Positions 1 to 7,855 of a stretch of DNA of 64,000 nt are shown one piece after another (the stretch's first letter is position 1; each line of letters begins with the position of its first letter). Made by a program: the position numbers and the translations under genes. The stretch spans positions 12,598 through 76,597 of the forward strand of contig CAZTFF010000018.1 in NCBI GenBank assembly GCA_964612485.1, read 5' to 3'. The notes beneath the pieces were generated by a model. The model saw only the letters and a program-made list of their open reading frames with translations, was not told where the DNA came from and did not search any database. The stretch is from an uncultured Caldilineaceae bacterium (GTDB lineage: Bacteria; Chloroflexota; Anaerolineae; 4572-78; J111).

Positions 1-418
1 TTACCAGTTCGCCGTTGCCAAAGCGCAGCGGCGCGGTTGAAGAGGGCGGCGGCATCGTCGACCGGCGCAGCACCGCCGAGACCCGGGCCAGCAGCTCATC
101 TTGTAAAAAGGGTTTGACCAGATAGTCGTCCGCGCCGGACTTCAACCCACGCACAATGTCGGCTTGAGATCCCAGGGCAGTAAGGATAATGATGGGGATG
201 GTAGACACCTTGCGAATCCGGTCGCAAAATTCCCAGCCGGTCAGGTGGGGCATCATAATATCCAAAATCACCAGATGGGGTTTGGTTTGATCCAGGAGTT
301 GCAGCCCTTCAACGCCATCTGAGGCTATAACAACCTCGTAGCCGTGCGTTACCAGGCTTTTTTCCATCAGTTGTAATAGAAAGGGATCGTCGTCAACAAC
401 AAGAATTTTTTCCGGCAC
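1..418 (-). CDS. Response regulator (CheY-like receiver, OmpR-type); C-terminal part cut off by the window edge
   Basis: My own translation of the minus strand from GTG 418 gives VPEKILVVDDDPFLLQLMEKSLVTHGYEVVIASDGVEGLQLLDQTKPHLVILDIMMPHLTGWEFCDRIRKVSTIPIIILTALGSQADIVRGLKSGADDYLVKPF... This carries the receiver signature (DD, D, T, K). The frame stays open to position 1, which is why it is absent from the ORF track. Confidence 0.85.
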   Translation of the reverse strand, partial: MPEKILVVDDDPFLLQLMEKSLVTHGYEVVIASDGVEGLQLLDQTKPHLVILDIMMPHLTGWEFCDRIRKVSTIPIIILTALGSQADIVRGLKSGADDYLVKPFLQDELLARVSAVLRRSTMPPPSSTAPLRFGNGELV

Positions 419-587
419 GTTTGTTTCCTTTGGGAGAAGGTGAGTATACAACGCTATAGTTAATTTTATTAAATTCCTCTCCTTGTGTCAATGTGTTAGT
501 AGTACTGGGGTCTATCCAAGATTTTAAGACCGACCGTAGTACTGTGTGGAACATGACATAATTTCTGTAGACGAAAAATTCAACTTG

Positions 588-605
588 TGTTATCATACCG
601 TTATG
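588..605 (+). promoter_or_regulatory. Extended -10 promoter (TGtTATCAT) just upstream of ATG 603; possible leaderless start
   Basis: TG at 588-589, TATCAT at 591-596, ATG at 603-605, with no Shine-Dalgarno sequence in between. Confidence 0.3.
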
Positions 606-1403
606 TCGCAATCTCGGAAATCTAACCCCAAAGCTAAATCAGCAAAAAAGGCCGGTACAAAGGCGAACCGCCGCCAGCCGGTGTTTGTCATCACCTTCGT
701 TTTGATGGCCTTTCTGGCCGTCTGGTTTGGCGTTGATTTGTTCAGGCCGGCAGAACAACCGGTCATCAGAATTCCCCAACCCACATCGCTGGTTTCCGCC
801 GAGGGTCAAGCGGCGACTAGGGATGAAGTCGCTGCGTCCCAACCGGCCATTGATCCCAGCCAACCCCTGGTGGGGATTGTGGCCGGCCACAAAGGGTATG
901 ATCCCGGCGCGGTTTGCGACGATGGTTTAACCGAAGCCGAGGTCAATTATACCGTGGCCGAAGAAGTGGTTGATCTGTTAAGACGGCGCGGTATTGCCGC
1001 CGATTTGTTAGATGAATATGATGATCGCCTGACGGATTATCAGGCCAATGCGCTGGTCAGCGTGCATGCCGATAGCTGTAATATTCCGGGCGCGACCGGC
1101 TTTAAAGTGGCCCGCGTAACCAACAGCGCTATCCCGGAAGATGAAGATAGACTGGTGGCCTGCATCAATCAGGAATACGCTAATTATACCGGCTTGCCGC
1201 AGCATCCCGCCAGCATCACCGATAATATGACCAATTACCACGCTTTTAACGAAATCCATCCTTCAACGCCGGGCGCGATCATTGAAACAGGTTTTCTGCT
1301 GGATGATCGATTTTTGCTGGAATCCCGCCCCAAAGTGGTGGCCCGAGGCATTGCCGCCGGGATCATTTGCTTTTTGGAAGGCGGCTCTTCAACCGGAGAT
1401 TGA
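603..1403 (+). CDS. N-acetylmuramoyl-L-alanine amidase (Amidase_3 family) with an N-terminal membrane anchor
   Basis: ORF 546..1403. Motifs VGIVAGHKGYDPGA, EAEVN, VSVHADS and ETGFL are typical of AmiA/B/C-type amidases. It has a basic N-terminus and the TM helix FVITFVLMAFLAVWFGV. I prefer ATG 603 over GTG 546 as the start. Confidence 0.85.
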   Translation: MSQSRKSNPKAKSAKKAGTKANRRQPVFVITFVLMAFLAVWFGVDLFRPAEQPVIRIPQPTSLVSAEGQAATRDEVAASQPAIDPSQPLVGIVAGHKGYDPGAVCDDGLTEAEVNYTVAEEVVDLLRRRGIAADLLDEYDDRLTDYQANALVSVHADSCNIPGATGFKVARVTNSAIPEDEDRLVACINQEYANYTGLPQHPASITDNMTNYHAFNEIHPSTPGAIIETGFLLDDRFLLESRPKVVARGIAAGIICFLEGGSSTGD

Positions 1404-1463
1404 CCATCCTCAAAACCCCTGATATAATTGGGGAGTGCGATTCTCCTCTGGAGGCAGGAAATT

Positions 1464-2081
1464 ATGAAAAGTATGAGTTGCCCCTCTTGCGGCGCCCCGC
1501 TGGATATTGATAACCGTTTTGTCAAAGTTGTGACCTGTGATTTTTGCAATCAGGTGATGCTGCTGCACGACTCCGGCCTTGATCCTACCGGCCAAACCGC
1601 CAAATTAACCGAACTGCCTTCCCCGTTGTATATTGGCGCCACCGGCCAGATATTCGGCAAACCATTTGAAGTGATGGGCCGCTTGCGCTACCAATACGAT
1701 GCGGGGTTGTGGGACGAATGGTTTGTGATGTTTGATAAGGATCGCCCCGGCTGGCTGCAAGAAGACGAGGGCGAATACATCCTCTTTCACAAAGAAACCT
1801 TAACCTCGCCCGTGCCGTCGTTTGACGAGGTGGCCGTGGGCAGCGTGCTGCCGGTGGGTAAACATCGGATGTTTATCACCGAGAAGGGAACCGCGCAGAT
1901 TGCGGGCGGCGAGGGCCAATTGGCCTTCAACATCCTGCCCGGCCAGGAAGTGCGCTACCTGGACGGCAACAGCGGCGAGCAGCAAGTCAGCATCGAATAT
2001 ACCCAAAACGAAATAGAACTTTCGGTGGGGCGGGCCGTTCCCCGCGATCAGTTGGTGGTAGATGAGGAAGCGTATTGGTAA
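1464..2081 (+). CDS. Zinc-ribbon + DUF4178 domain protein (soluble paralog 1)
   Basis: ORF 1428..2081, with ATG 1464 preceded by GGAGG at 1451. CPSCGAPL...CDFCN forms the zinc ribbon. The following GRLRYQYDAGLWDEWFVMFD...GWLQEDEGEY stretch is characteristic of DUF4178. Confidence 0.8.
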   Translation: MKSMSCPSCGAPLDIDNRFVKVVTCDFCNQVMLLHDSGLDPTGQTAKLTELPSPLYIGATGQIFGKPFEVMGRLRYQYDAGLWDEWFVMFDKDRPGWLQEDEGEYILFHKETLTSPVPSFDEVAVGSVLPVGKHRMFITEKGTAQIAGGEGQLAFNILPGQEVRYLDGNSGEQQVSIEYTQNEIELSVGRAVPRDQLVVDEEAYW

Positions 2082-3260
2082 ATGGACGATTTTAATCCGC
2101 AAGACGCATTGCAAAAAGGTATCCGGGCGGCGCGGCGCGGGCATAAAGAACCGGCGCAGGCGCTGCTCACTCAGGTAGTCCAGGCCGAACCCAACAATGA
2201 GGAAGCCTGGTTGTGGCTGGCGCGGGTGGTTGACGATCCCCTGCAAAAAGCCGAATGTTTGCAGCGGGTGATAGCCCTTAATCCCGGTAATAAATGGGCG
2301 GCGGAACAGTTAAATGCCCTGCAAAGCGGTTCTGCGCCCGCTGCCGGAGCCGCACCGCCCCCGGTGCCGCCGCAAGCGCCCGGCCCCTCGGAGATGAAAT
2401 TGGAAACGCTCAGTTGCCCTAATTGTGGCGGTTCGGTTGAACTCCAGGGCGGGGCCGATATTCAGACGGTGGTGTGCAGCTACTGTGGCAGCGTGTTGGA
2501 TCTTACGCCGGAACAGGCGGCGGTTATCGGCCAAACCGATCCCAAAGTCAAACCGGTCAAACCCATTGAGCTGGGGATGGAAGGCACGTTTGAAGGCAAG
2601 TTGCATCAGGTCGTCGGCTGGGTGCGGTACCAGGGCCGGGACGAGGAAGAAACCTGGGATTGGGATGAATGGCTGCTGGTTTCGGCGGATGGAGAGTATC
2701 GCTGGCTCACCTACGATTCTGAGCAGGGGTTTCATCTCTACAAAAAAATCACGCCCCGTGAGCCGTTTGACCCCAGAACGGCCACCTCTATCAAAATACC
2801 CGGCGGCGTGGCCCGCGTGGTAGAACGAGGCCGGGCGCGCATTGTGGCCCTGGCCGGCGAGTTGACCTGGCGCGGCAAAATTGGCGATGAGATCCAATAT
2901 ATCGATGCCAAACGGGGCCGGCAGCCCTACAGCATCGAATACAGCCGCGAAGAGATTGAGCTATTGGAAGGCCACCAGCTCAACGAGAGCCAGGTGTGGA
3001 AAGCCTTTGGCCGCGAAGATTTACAGCAGCAGGCCCGCGCCCAAGCCTCGCAGCGGCGGGTGGAGTTAAAGCAGATTCAGCGAGATCACGCCCGCTCCAG
3101 CCGCAGAATTTATATGATTTTAGCCATTATTGTGATTGTCTTTATTTTTCTAGTGTGCGTCTGTGGCAGTTGTTCGTCAACCGGTGTCTTTGGCCCCTCG
3201 GTCCGGTCCGGGAGTGTGTCCGGACCCTCAACCGGCGGTGGCTTTAATTTTGGTAAATAA
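2082..3260 (+). CDS. TPR + zinc-ribbon + DUF4178 protein with a C-terminal TM helix and Gly-rich tail (paralog 2)
   Basis: The ATG abuts the previous stop (TAAATG). The N-terminal TPR-like region reads EPNNEEAWLWLARVVDDPLQKAECLQRVIALNPGN. It continues with CPNCGG..CSYCG, then WDWDEWLL (DUF4178), the TM helix IYMILAIIVIVFIFLVCVCG, and the tail SGSVSGPSTGGGFNFGK. Confidence 0.8.
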   Translation: MDDFNPQDALQKGIRAARRGHKEPAQALLTQVVQAEPNNEEAWLWLARVVDDPLQKAECLQRVIALNPGNKWAAEQLNALQSGSAPAAGAAPPPVPPQAPGPSEMKLETLSCPNCGGSVELQGGADIQTVVCSYCGSVLDLTPEQAAVIGQTDPKVKPVKPIELGMEGTFEGKLHQVVGWVRYQGRDEEETWDWDEWLLVSADGEYRWLTYDSEQGFHLYKKITPREPFDPRTATSIKIPGGVARVVERGRARIVALAGELTWRGKIGDEIQYIDAKRGRQPYSIEYSREEIELLEGHQLNESQVWKAFGREDLQQQARAQASQRRVELKQIQRDHARSSRRIYMILAIIVIVFIFLVCVCGSCSSTGVFGPSVRSGSVSGPSTGGGFNFGK

Positions 3261-3293
3261 CCTTCCAAATTTTTATAAAAGGAGAAAATTCCG

Positions 3294-3596
3294 ATGAAAT
3301 TCAAAGTATTCGTTGCGTTTGTGATCGCTTCGCTGTTACCCACGGGTATTGCGCTGGCTCAGGATGCGCCGCCTTCGGCGCGGTATGATTTGGCCTGGCA
3401 GCCGTTTGTTTCAACCATTTTATATGGTTTAGTTGGCATTTTGCTGGCGGTGTTAGGCTATTTTGTGTTTGATCGTATTTTGGGTCTGGACCTAAAACGC
3501 GAGTTGGTTGAAGATCAAAACCAGGCGCTGGGTATTATGCTGGCCGGCGTCTTTATTGGCATTTCCATTGTGGTGGGTGCCGTGATGTTGTCATAA
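3294..3596 (+). CDS. DUF350 (YjfL-like) small membrane protein
   Basis: 100 aa with three hydrophobic segments and the central motif DLKRELVEDQNQALGIMLAGVFIGISIVVG, which is typical of DUF350. Confidence 0.75.
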   Translation: MKFKVFVAFVIASLLPTGIALAQDAPPSARYDLAWQPFVSTILYGLVGILLAVLGYFVFDRILGLDLKRELVEDQNQALGIMLAGVFIGISIVVGAVMLS

Positions 3597-3605
3597 CCGG
3601 AATTT

Positions 3606-3791
3606 ATGTCATCAAAAACTGTGACGTGGCTGGCTGTCTTTTTTATCATTTGCCTGCTGTCCTGTAATTTTGTGCTGTGTGGGTTTCTTTCTTACTGGGG
3701 AACCGGCATCGCGCAGATGAGTTCTCATTCCCTCCGCACGGGCAGCGTGAGCGGCCCGATAATTGGCGGCGGGCCGAATTCGGGCAAATAA
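3606..3791 (+). CDS. 61-aa single-TM mini-protein sharing the Gly-rich C-terminal tail of the 2082..3260 product
   Basis: The Cys-rich TM helix WLAVFFIICLLSCNFVLCGF is followed by SLRTGSVSGPIIGGGPNSGK. The paralog 2 tail SVRSGSVSGPSTGGGFNFGK matches this at 13 of 20 positions. The stop at 3789-3791 lies 2 nt before the next ATG. Confidence 0.55.
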   Translation: MSSKTVTWLAVFFIICLLSCNFVLCGFLSYWGTGIAQMSSHSLRTGSVSGPIIGGGPNSGK

Positions 3792-3793
3792 TT

Positions 3794-5389
3794 ATGGATG
3801 AACGCCAGCTCAATGAAATATTGCAAAACGGAATAAAAGCCGCCCGGCGCGGCCATAAGGAACCTGCGAGGAAACTGCTCTCGCAGGTTGTTCAGGTTGA
3901 CGCCAACAACGAGGAAGCCTGGTTGTGGCTCTCGCGGGTGGCAGATGATCCGCAGCAGCAGGCGCAGTGTTTGCAACAAGTGTTGCAGGTCAACCCCGAT
4001 AATCGATGGGCCGCCGGGCAACTGGCCGAATTGCAATCCCCACCCCCGGTTTCGGGGCAGGAGGCACCGCCGCCCCTGCCCGCCGAGCCGGCAGCACCGG
4101 CACAGCCCTCGGCAGATGAAAGTAGCAGCAAATACAAGCGCATTGAACCCAAATCATCCGAATTAAAACTGGAAACCCTCTCATGCCCCCACTGCGGCGG
4201 CACGGTTGATCTTAGAAGCGGGGCCGAGGCCAAAACCATGGTCTGCAATCACTGCGGCAGCGTACTTGATCTAACCAGCGAGCAGGCCGCCGTGATCGGC
4301 CAGATGAACAAGCGCGTTCGCCCGACGATGCCCATTAAACCGGGCATGACCGGCACCTTTGAAAGCGAAACTCACCAGGTAATCGGCTGGATCCGTTACG
4401 AAGGATGGGATGATGAGGAGCGATGGCGTTGGGATGAGTGGCTGCTGGTGTCGGCCGGCGGCAAATATCGCTGGTTGAGTTATGATGCTGAGACGGGCTT
4501 CATTCTCAACGAAAAAATCCAGCCCCAGGCTCCGTTTGACCCCTACCGCGCTTCCTCAATCCAGGTGCCGGGCGGAACGGCCCAGGTGACCGAGCGTTCG
4601 CCGGCCAAGGTGCTGGCCTTTGACGGCGAGTTAACCTGGCAGTGTAACGTTGGAGATCAGTTTCACTATTTTGATGCCCAACGCGGCAGCATTCCTTACA
4701 GCGTGGAGTACAGCAAAGATGAGATAGAGGTCTACCAGGGGCAGCCGCTGGCGGATGTTGAGGTCTGGCAGGCCTTTGGCCGCGAGGATTTGGTCAAAAA
4801 AGCCGGTGAAGTATCTACCTGGAACAGCGCTTACCGGGTGCTGGCCCTCTTTTGCTTGCTGTTGGTACTTTTGAGCTGCTCCGGCGCGCTATTTACCGCG
4901 TTCACCGGCCAACAGGTGGCCCAAGAAGAGTTCCAGATGAAGCAGGGGCTGGAAGTAAAAACCATGGGGCCGATCACCCTGCCCAAATCGGATGCCGTCT
5001 ACCGGATTTCTTTAGAGTCTGGCGGCTTGCCGGTAAATACCTGGGCGGTGGTGGATGTCTCGGCTCGTGATAGCGAGGGGAACGAAGCGTATCTTTTCTC
5101 CGGCGAGTTCTGGGACGAAGAGGGGCGGGACAGCGACGGTTACTGGCACGAAAACGACCTCAACGCCGATTATCTTTTCAAACTCGAAGAGGCCGGTGAT
5201 TATTACCTGAATGTTTCGATGGAAGATGCCACGGTCACATCAATGCCGCTGACCGTCACTGTCGAACGCGGCGTATGGCTGACGCGCTACTTTATCATTT
5301 TCCTGGTGATCGCCGCCGTGCTGGCTTTTGTATTTTTTAGCCTGAGTAACCGGCGGCTGGTCGGTAGCTCACTGTTGAAATCCCAATAA
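3794..5389 (+). CDS. TPR + zinc-ribbon + DUF4178 protein with a C-terminal TM-ectodomain-TM module (paralog 3)
   Basis: Track ORF 3677..5389. I prefer ATG 3794 because MDERQLNEILQNGIKAARRGHKEPARKLL aligns with the N-terminus of paralog 2 (MDDFNPQDALQKGIRAARRGHKEPAQALL). It contains CPHCGG..CNHCG and WRWDEWLL, plus two TM helices flanking a ~170-aa region. Confidence 0.8.
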   Translation: MDERQLNEILQNGIKAARRGHKEPARKLLSQVVQVDANNEEAWLWLSRVADDPQQQAQCLQQVLQVNPDNRWAAGQLAELQSPPPVSGQEAPPPLPAEPAAPAQPSADESSSKYKRIEPKSSELKLETLSCPHCGGTVDLRSGAEAKTMVCNHCGSVLDLTSEQAAVIGQMNKRVRPTMPIKPGMTGTFESETHQVIGWIRYEGWDDEERWRWDEWLLVSAGGKYRWLSYDAETGFILNEKIQPQAPFDPYRASSIQVPGGTAQVTERSPAKVLAFDGELTWQCNVGDQFHYFDAQRGSIPYSVEYSKDEIEVYQGQPLADVEVWQAFGREDLVKKAGEVSTWNSAYRVLALFCLLLVLLSCSGALFTAFTGQQVAQEEFQMKQGLEVKTMGPITLPKSDAVYRISLESGGLPVNTWAVVDVSARDSEGNEAYLFSGEFWDEEGRDSDGYWHENDLNADYLFKLEEAGDYYLNVSMEDATVTSMPLTVTVERGVWLTRYFIIFLVIAAVLAFVFFSLSNRRLVGSSLLKSQ

Positions 5390-5392
5390 TCA

Positions 5393-6907
5393 ATGCAACT
5401 TACAACCCGCCATTCTACCTCTCTTTTGGTTACCGTTTTTATCATTGCCATCTGCGGCCTGGTGTACGAGCTGATCATCGGCACCCTTTCCTCTTATTTA
5501 TTTGGCAATACCGTTACCCATTTTTCAATCACCATAGGTTTGTTTCTGAGCGCGATGGGCATCGGCTCGTTTGCCTCGCGGCGGATCAACGATTCGTTGT
5601 TGGGTTGGTTCATCGGCGTGGAACTATCGGTGGGGCTGGTGGGGGGATTCTCGGCGGCACTGCTGTACGCGGTGTTCGCCACCACCGATGTGTACCACGT
5701 AGCCATGGTGGTGCTGATCCTCATCATAGGCAGTTTGATCGGTATGGAAATCCCCCTGCTGACCCGTTTGCTGGGCGGGTGGGACAATATCAAAGATACG
5801 CTGGCCAACGTGCTGGCCTTTGATTATATTGGCGCGCTGATTGCCTCGGTGCTGTTTCCGCTGGTTTTACTGCCGGAACTGGGCCTGCTAAAAACCGCGT
5901 TTGCCACGGGCATTCTCAATGTTTTGGTGGTGGCGCTGAACATCTGGATCTTTCGGGACCGGCTGTCCCGCTGGCGTGGGCTTTCTCTCGCAACCGGCGG
6001 CATTGCCCTGCTGTTGCTGGGGGGCGCGGTCTGGTCTAACCTGTTGACCTCCGTGTTTGAGCAGCAACTCTACAAGGATGAGATCATCTACAGCCGCCAG
6101 ACGCCCTACCAGCGCATCATTATGACCCGTTGGGCCGACGATGTGCGCCTGTTTTTAGACGGCAACCTGCAATTCAGCTCGCGCGATGAATACCGTTATC
6201 ACGAACCGCTGGTGCATCCGGCCATGTCGCTTACCCGCTCCCGGGAGTCGGTGCTGGTGTTGGGCGGGGGCGATGGGCTGGTGGCCCGTGAGGTTTTTAA
6301 GTATGATGATGTGCAGCAGCTTGTGCTGGTTGACATCGACCCGGCCATGACCGAATTGGCCCTTACCCACCCGGCCTTGCTCGACATCAACGAGGATTCG
6401 CTCAGCGATCCGCGTGTGGAGATACTCAATCAGGATGCCTACACCTACCTGGCCGACACCGGCGAGCTGTTCGGCGTCATCATCATAGATTTGCCTGATC
6501 CCAACAACGAAAGTTTGGGCAAACTCTACAGCCGCGAATTCTACAAACTGGTACACCGCCACCTGGCCGGGGGCGGTGTCATTGTGACCCAGGCTACTTC
6601 ACCCTACTACGCCCGCGAAACGTACTGGTCCATTGCCCATACGATGGAATCGGTGGGGCTGCAAACTTGGCCGTATCATATGTATATTCCCTCCTTTGGC
6701 GATTGGGGCTTTATATTGGCCGCCGGCCACGAACTGGACCCGGCCAAGTTTTTACCCAGGGTTCCCATGCGCTATCTTGATGCCGATGTCTTTCAATCGA
6801 GCCTGGTTTTTGATGATGACATTGCCGAGATCGACACCGAAGTAAACACCCTGGATAACCAGATCATTCTGACCTATTACGAGCAAGCCTGGCGGCGGTG
6901 GCGGTGA
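5393..6907 (+). CDS. Polyamine aminopropyltransferase (spermidine-synthase fold) fused behind a polytopic membrane domain
   Basis: About 200 aa of TM helices come first. They are followed by YQRIIM...DGNLQFSSRDEYRYHEPLVHPAM, VLVLGGGDGLVAREV, IIIDLPDPNN and LYSREFY, which are spermidine/spermine synthase signatures. Confidence 0.85.
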   Translation: MQLTTRHSTSLLVTVFIIAICGLVYELIIGTLSSYLFGNTVTHFSITIGLFLSAMGIGSFASRRINDSLLGWFIGVELSVGLVGGFSAALLYAVFATTDVYHVAMVVLILIIGSLIGMEIPLLTRLLGGWDNIKDTLANVLAFDYIGALIASVLFPLVLLPELGLLKTAFATGILNVLVVALNIWIFRDRLSRWRGLSLATGGIALLLLGGAVWSNLLTSVFEQQLYKDEIIYSRQTPYQRIIMTRWADDVRLFLDGNLQFSSRDEYRYHEPLVHPAMSLTRSRESVLVLGGGDGLVAREVFKYDDVQQLVLVDIDPAMTELALTHPALLDINEDSLSDPRVEILNQDAYTYLADTGELFGVIIIDLPDPNNESLGKLYSREFYKLVHRHLAGGGVIVTQATSPYYARETYWSIAHTMESVGLQTWPYHMYIPSFGDWGFILAAGHELDPAKFLPRVPMRYLDADVFQSSLVFDDDIAEIDTEVNTLDNQIILTYYEQAWRRWR

Positions 6908-6914
6908 TTTGGTA

Positions 6915-6968
6915 GAGTGAGTGAAGAATGGTATCACTTCTCACTCGTCACTCGTCACTCCTTGTCAC
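6915..6968. repeat. Hairpin built from heptamer words (GAGTGAG / TCACTCG x3) at a convergent gene junction
   Basis: gagtgagtgaag (6915-6926) pairs with cttctcactc (6937-6946). This is followed by tandem gtcactc gtcactc and cttgtcac. It lies between stop 6907 (+) and stop 6965 (-). Confidence 0.6.
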
Positions 6969-7231
6969 GCCCTTTCTTCTTCAGCCGCCTTAACTCCCCG
7001 ATAACAATCGTTGAGTTGATCCACCATGGCGGCTCGTTGCTGGGCGGCTAAATATGCGCCGCGCAAATAGGCTGTGACCAGCAGCAAAAAGGCCAGGCCC
7101 AGCCCCACGGCGGGCCACCAGGTGGCAGCGCCCCAATCGGGCCGGAAGAAAAGCATCGGCAAAATGCCCACAACAGAAACAACGCTAATGATCAAAGCCA
7201 ATTTGCTGATATTTTTTGGTGATGTCATCAA
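6965..7231 (-). CDS. Hypothetical small membrane protein (88 aa)
   Basis: Two hydrophobic helices (LALIISVVSVVGILPMLFF and WWPAVGLGLAFLLLVTAYL). It starts 12 nt downstream of the HAD gene on the same strand. No family recognised. Confidence 0.45.
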   Translation of the reverse strand: MMTSPKNISKLALIISVVSVVGILPMLFFRPDWGAATWWPAVGLGLAFLLLVTAYLRGAYLAAQQRAAMVDQLNDCYRGVKAAEEERA

Positions 7232-7243
7232 AATCCCCCGTTT

Positions 7244-7834
7244 TTATAGAAGTTTACTTTTCATCCACAATCTTACATCAAACACCGCCATCCCGGCCTG
7301 TCGGGCCGCTTCCAGGCCCGAATCAGCATCCTCGAATACCTGGCAATATTGTGGCTCGATATTCATGCGGCGCGCGGCCTCTAAAAAAATGTCGGGCGCC
7401 GGTTTGCCGTGGGGCACCTGCTCGGCGGTGACAACCGTATCAAAAAAATTGTCCATGCCGATGGAGGCCAGGATTTTGGTAATCATCGGTAACTCCCCGC
7501 CGGACCCCACCGCCATCGGCATCTGCCGTCGGTATTTTTTGGCCAGGGCCACTACCGGTTCTACAGGCCGTACAGCGGACAGCTTGCGCTCAAATCGGGA
7601 TTCTTTATCAGCAGCGATGGTTTGCGGATCAAGTTGCAGGCCAAGTTTATTATTCAACAGCCCCACAATTTGAGAGTTTTGCATCCCGGCGGTACGGTAA
7701 AACAGTTCTGTGGGAAAGACGCTGCCCAGGGGGGCCATGGTCTCTTGCCAGGCTTCGTAATGAAGCGGCATGGTGTCGGCCAGCGTGCCGTCGCAATCGA
7801 AAATAAGTGCCCGGATATGGGGTTCAATGGCCAT
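7244..7834 (-). CDS. HAD-superfamily hydrolase (beta-phosphoglucomutase-like subfamily IA)
   Basis: LIFDCDGTLADT (DxDGT motif I), VGSGG (motif II region), GKPAPDIFL and FEDADSGLEAARQAGM (motifs III/IV). Confidence 0.85.
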   Translation of the reverse strand: MAIEPHIRALIFDCDGTLADTMPLHYEAWQETMAPLGSVFPTELFYRTAGMQNSQIVGLLNNKLGLQLDPQTIAADKESRFERKLSAVRPVEPVVALAKKYRRQMPMAVGSGGELPMITKILASIGMDNFFDTVVTAEQVPHGKPAPDIFLEAARRMNIEPQYCQVFEDADSGLEAARQAGMAVFDVRLWMKSKLL

Positions 7835-7855
7835 TTGTTGGGTACAAATCCTTTC

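Noticed and set aside
3677-3793. The upstream 39-codon extension of the third DUF4178 gene given in the ORF track (start 3677).
   Set aside because: The extension overlaps the 3606..3791 mini-ORF in another frame and has odd composition. The paralog alignment (MDERQLNEILQNGIKAARRGHKEP vs MDDFNPQDALQKGIRAARRGHKEP) places the true start at ATG 3794.
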